Origin: Eutreptiella sp. 'Long Island Sound 2002'
Lineage: Eukaryota > Protista > Euglenida
Direction of reading: 5' to 3'
Assembly (NCBI GenBank): GCA_964036045.1
Contig: OZ038378.1
Coordinates: 8,060,001-8,124,000, forward strand
Length of the DNA: 64,000 nt
The notes under the pieces are model-generated. The model was given only the letters and a program-made list of their open reading frames with translations, was not told where the DNA came from and did not search any database. How positions within the stretch are numbered: position 1 is the stretch's first letter; every line of letters starts with the position of its first letter. Below are positions 60,501-64,000 of this stretch, one piece after another. The position numbers and the translations under genes are program-made.

Positions 60501-62159
60501 GAAAAGAGACGCATGTGCCTCTGCTTTCACGTGCACAGTGCGTACGGTGGCGGAGGGCCCTGGCGACCGCCTTGTCCTGGCCCGTTACTCAGCGCTGCTC
60601 TTCCACAGCAGTACTGCGGTGGCGTTTGCTTTCGGCCACCTCACCAAGCGCCATGCAGCGCCGGGCAGAGGTCCCCTCTTTGTCCCCTCTTAGTCCTTTG
60701 TGTGACCTGCTTGTTGATCGACGTTAGTTCTGGGGGGGCGTGGGTTTGGGGGGGGGGGGGCAGTGGCAGTGGCAGTGGCAGCCACGCGGGTGTTCTGGGA
60801 TGACAAGAGGCGTATATCGTTTTTGGGCCCCTCTGAGGCCCCCACATATGTTCTGCAATGCATCCCCCTTTCACTCGTCTTGTCAAGAGGGCGTGGGGGT
60901 GGGGGCGTTTGTTCCGCTCGGCCCAAGTCCGAAGCACGGCCCCATGTAATATACGCTCGATATCCTCAATTGATGCCGTACCCTAATGCCCAATGCTCTG
61001 CACTCCGATGACCCCCTGTTGACCCCCGCACGTCTGCCCAGCGCCCCGAGACCCCCCCCCCCCCGGGGGGCTGAGCCAAGCCCTCGTGCCAATGCGTACC
61101 TCAGAGCGCACCCGTGTCACATCTGCCTCTCCCCCCACAAGTGCCGCACACATGCACGGCGCACGTGTGCGGCGGCCGCTGCAGACGACGTTCTGCAGAC
61201 GCTGACCCTGAAGGCACCACGGCCGCCTTTCAATTCTGTGAGGGCTGTGCCTTGATCGCGGAATGTCATCGGCCCTACTCCTCGTCCTCAGTTGCTTCCC
61301 CCATGCCACGCACGCCACAGGCCCAATGTTGCCAGCATCGCATCTGTACCCCCCAGCCCCTCTTGGACGACATCGCTTTTGATCTAAACTACACAAGGTA
61401 TTGCTTTCTCAGCCTTGGGACCACGGCGCTTGGCGGTTGCCTTTCTTGATAGCCCTAGTGCGCAGCGTGTCTGATGGGGTTTGGCAGGAGTTGCTGGTCG
61501 GCGGTTACATTTTCTTTGCTGTTCTTGCCCGGCCCTTCACCCCAACCTCATGAATGGGGTGGTCCTTGCGGTATATTTTAACAGCCGCCTATTGAAGACT
61601 TGGAGTTTCGAACAAGCTCTTCTTTCACTTCCAAGTGACAGCCTGCCCCCGGCGTGGCCATACCCGATCCAAGACGCGAGGATTTATGGCATGCCGCCAA
61701 AGGGTGCACACATATGCACCCAACTCAAACCGCAGGATAGACGTATGGTTCGGGCACGCCCTGCGATGCTGTCAAGGGCGCCCAGTCAGTTGAGTGACTG
61801 AAGTATGCTGCCCTGCTGTCCTGCGTCTCACTTTCGTAGGCCGCCGATTTCAGGCATCGTTGGGCATGGCACGGGGGGGACGGGGGTGCCCTGAGGGAGG
61901 TATTGAAGATGGGCCCAAACACGCAGAGCCATGTGCAGTGCTTGTGCGTAAAAGACTGAGGACGAGGGCTGCGGGAGTGCAGCGGAGCAGGACCTTTTTG
62001 TCCCCCTCGAGGCCCCTCCTCCAGTCGCAACGGTGAAGCTTTGTGGGCTGGGAAGGGGCGGGTGGAAAGGGCACGGGCAAGGCCAGAGGCAGGGGTCGTA
62101 GCAGGGGCAGGGGCGGTTGCCCCAGCTGGGCCAACATCCGGATGAAGAGCAAGCTCTGA
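60501..62159 (+). CDS. Possible 3' exons of an unidentified gene (about 60501/60539-60670, 61199-61397, 62126-62159) ending ...WANIRMKSKL*
   Basis: Polypyrimidine-AG acceptors and GT donors are present; the ACAAG|GTATTG donor matches the phase of the CCCAG|C TGG GCC acceptor. Frame choice for the first exon is ambiguous and no family was recognised. Confidence 0.25.
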
Positions 62160-63149
62160 CCAGCCGAATGTTCCGCGGAACAGGCCCCCTCGCCTCTGGG
62201 CGCTGGAAAAAGGGAGGCAGAAAAGACGATGTCTACCAGCAAGAGAACTTCCCGAACGATGTGGAAACTCAAAAAGAAAGGGCGTCGCGACCTTCGAAGG
62301 TCAATACGGTCTTTGAGGCCTGACTGTGATCATAATAATCAAACTTCCCCTAAAATTACGGGAAGGACAGCGGGGCTGGTTTAGGGGGTGTTTTGCCAGA
62401 AAGGCTGATCCGGGGATCGGGGGGAGAATGCCATCGACGCGTGTCTTACCATTGGCAGCCGTTGCTGACCACGTCATGTCAAACGAACGGCTTATTTCCC
62501 GCGAATTACCAGTCTCCACGTTTTCCACGTTGATCTTTCCCCTCCTGCTGGGCTGACCCCAGCTGCCCTAATAGTTGCGCCGGGCATGGCAGGGAGCGGC
62601 AATCACGCAGTCAACATGGAGGTCAAAGTGGCTGTTGTAGCTGATCAACGGCAATCTATGGCGACTGCAGGCGGGATTTGAACACTCATGTGCGATGACA
62701 GGAAGAAAGCCCACTCGGGACCTTGTTTGAGCATGCGCAGTGGAAACCGCGAGCAACGTACCGCAGCAGCAGCAGCAGCAAAGGCAATGTTGCGCAAATG
62801 TGCAACGATTTGCTGGTTCTGCGACACAACTAACGAGAACGCCACCAAATACGTCCTCCTCTGCCAAGACGAAGGCAGCGGCAGCTTACACTACCAAACC
62901 GAAGGAGGCGAGCTTATTGCCTTGCCTATAGAGTGTTAACACTGACACATCATGTGAGTGACCCTTCATTTCTTTGTAGCACATACATGTCAAAGAATAT
63001 TCACTCTTCGACTCTTTGTGACCCATCCTCTGGTGACACCACGTTGACATCAGACATCATCGACATGGCCAAAAAATGGTTGGATGCGTTGAGACACTTT
63101 CCCAACGCTGGATAAGCACAGTGTGTTGGATGGTACCCCCCCTCCCCCT

Positions 63150-63480
63150 TGCGCAAGCACGGCCTTGTCTAAGCACGGGGTGGGCGTTGAACCGCTGTTT
63201 TTAGGAATTTTTGGGACCACTGCTTTTGTGGTCCCAGATGTAACATGGGGTTTAAAACCATTCTACCACACATTGCCACCCGATGATGTTTGTTTTGATA
63301 TGATTCTTCACTATTCCTGATATTCTCCTTCCACAGCCTATCATGGTCTGCATCTGAGGGCTCTCCTTGATGTGGGTAGTCATGTGTGTTTGCCATCATG
63401 TGTGCCACATGCACATGCAAGCACGGTCTTGTCTAAGCACGGGGTGGGCGTTGGGCCGCAGTTTTGCCTGGTTTTTTGGG
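63150..63480 (+). repeat. Two direct copies of an approximately 55-bp unit (GCAAGCACGG(C/T)CTTGTCTAAGCACGGGGTGGGCGTTG) about 265 bp apart
   Basis: Copies start at about 63152 and 63418 and are near-identical over 37 bp. Confidence 0.8.
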
Positions 63481-64000
63481 ACCGCTGCTGTGCTTGCGCA
63501 AGGGGGGGGCGGGGTACCGAGAAATGTGTGAAATCCCAATTCCAGTCCATTCATCTTACGTCACCAAAGAAGGTTGTTGCACACCTTCAAAGAAGGGTAC
63601 GACGCGTGCTTTTACCCCCCAGCCAGACATGCTACAATAATTCAAACCGGCACCCTCCATACCAGAGGCATGGTCTACTTTCTTTTCGGTGAATTGCCCG
63701 CCTGTACAATTCCCCTTCCTCCATACAGCCGAGCGCCACAGGGGGTTTGTTCCCGGGATGGCCATCTCAAATGCTACGCACCGTGTGCATGCGGCGGAAG
63801 TAGTTCCTCAGTGATCATGCAGCAGCCCAGTGGGCATGGGGCTTTGCTCCGCGCCCACTGGGCTGCTTCACGGTCACAGAGATGCGCAAACCAACCCACA
63901 CTAGCCCCAGAAACCCCATGCCCTTCATTTCGGGTCTGCAGGTTGCCGCCACCATCACTTGTATTCACTTTACAGATCAGCCAGCAGCTGTGCTTTTCCT

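Overview
This is eukaryotic nuclear DNA with long, repeat-filled spliceosomal introns. It is GC-rich, with many poly-G/poly-C and (CA)n tracts. Weak intronic 5' splice sites (GTGTG, GTGCA, GTCGT, one GC donor) mostly preceded by exonic AG, plus an AG acceptor 2 nt before a start codon, suggest a large-genome protist, possibly a euglenid; this assignment is inference. Three genes could be reconstructed by hand. (1) An intron-poor minus-strand gene (6866-9059) encoding a CRAL-TRIO-like domain, a hydrophobic segment and EF-hands. (2) A complete 9-exon Patched/NPC1-like sterol-sensing RND protein gene (16017-30043, 987 aa) with a GC-AG intron. (3) A gene of at least 5 exons (39436-59832) that joins an N-terminal SAM domain to a bestrophin-family channel; its 5' end was not found. 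Introns and intergenic DNA hold a 778-bp MITE with perfect 20-bp TIRs and a 6-bp TSD, an internally deleted LINE ending in zf-RVT plus RNase H, a Penelope-like RT remnant, two tRNA-like heads, several mini- and microsatellites and decayed retroelement pieces. Most short ORFs in the supplied track are spurious. No CRISPR array, rRNA or intact tRNA is supported. All domain calls come from motif recognition by eye, not from database searches.
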